Source: Bispira polyomma (Eukaryota). From it: a stretch of 64,000 bases of DNA. How positions within the stretch are numbered: position 1 is the stretch's first letter; every line of letters begins with the position of its first letter. This document shows positions 63,241-64,000 of this stretch, piece by piece. The stretch covers positions 43,400,001 to 43,464,000 of the forward strand of contig OZ287756.1 of the NCBI GenBank assembly GCA_965649765.1, in the 5' to 3' direction. Under the pieces are notes generated by a model that did not search any database, had not been told where the DNA came from, and was given only the letters and a program-made list of their open reading frames with translations. The position numbers and the translations under genes were made by a program.

Positions 63241-63463
63241 CACGCAGTACTGGTGGATCCTAATATTATATATGCCTCTTGCCAAATTTAATAGGTTTGA
63301 TTTTTATTGCACTTTCCCAGCTTGACACCTTGCTCCCTGGCTAGCCTCTGGAGAGTGCTGTACTTCCCCCCTCATCCTTCTCTGGGAAGCAGCTCCACTG
63401 CATTGAATCTACTATGGACTTCCCCATCTCAGATAACACAACAATTGCACAGTTTCCGGCTTA

Positions 63464-63967
63464 AGGTGAATTCACACTGTGATTGGTCCGGATCGGGATT
63501 CAGATCAGTGTACTTTTCCCAAATCAGATATTGTTTCTTATAACTCACACTCACCAGAAAATCCCAAATTTGTTATGGAATGTTAAAAAATGGGAATTTT
63601 ATTACATTTTTCACTCTGTATGTTTTAGAACTGCATTATATTCTTGTTAGTAATGGGGATCATAATCTGATGTCAGGTGCATTTAACATTTGTTTGATCA
63701 GTGATAAAATATAAGTGTCATTATTATTGAAAAAAAAAACTGAATTGTTCTTTTGTTGTATATCTAAAGATATTACAAAATCAAACGAGACAATACATTA
63801 TAAAACTGTATATATTCTTCCTATTTGGAGAAATCATATATTTTTTGCTACTGTGCAAGTGCTTAGTCCGGATCCGGATCCATCTTTTGTGTGGATGCTC
63901 ATACTGTTTTATTTTTGTCAAATTTATACAGATCCATGATCTGGATCCGGCCTGTGTGAATGGACCT
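63464..63967. mobile_element. PIF/Harbinger-type MITE
   Basis: Termini AGGTGAATTCACAC...GTGTGAATGGACCT, TSD TTA on both sides, and subterminal ccggatc repeats. Confidence 0.7.
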
Positions 63968-64000
63968 TTACAGTATTACACCCACTATACAGTGTGTTTT

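Overview
AT-rich, intron-containing animal DNA. The repeat families look molluscan/lophotrochozoan, but the species cannot be determined from the sequence. Bases 1-14.3 kb hold seven minus-strand exons with GT-AG boundaries and matching phases that I spliced by hand into one ~298-aa N-terminal reading frame; the gene runs off the left edge. It reads as a DEG/ENaC (ASIC/ENaC/FaNaC superfamily) channel subunit with the HG motif, TM1 and FPAISVCNIN. These are followed by a polybasic furin-type site and then a complete three-exon, six-cysteine C-type lectin domain (EPN motif) sitting in the extracellular finger region. Most of these exons are missing from the ORF track. The rest of the window is densely nested transposon sequence: an Academ element, a Crypton-type recombinase relic, a Helentron-like cassette around a 147-bp satellite that contains a Gypsy element and a chimeric solo LTR, a rearranged Gmr1-like Gypsy element inside a CR1/L2 LINE, Tx1/L1 relics (one with a NADAR domain), SINEs and MITEs. 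Two convergent DIRS-order (Ngaro/PAT-like) retrotransposons both carry a phase-1 splice donor/acceptor pair that would fuse gag to the tyrosine recombinase; one also has a textbook -1 frameshift signal. All coordinates and translations were read by eye and no searches were run.
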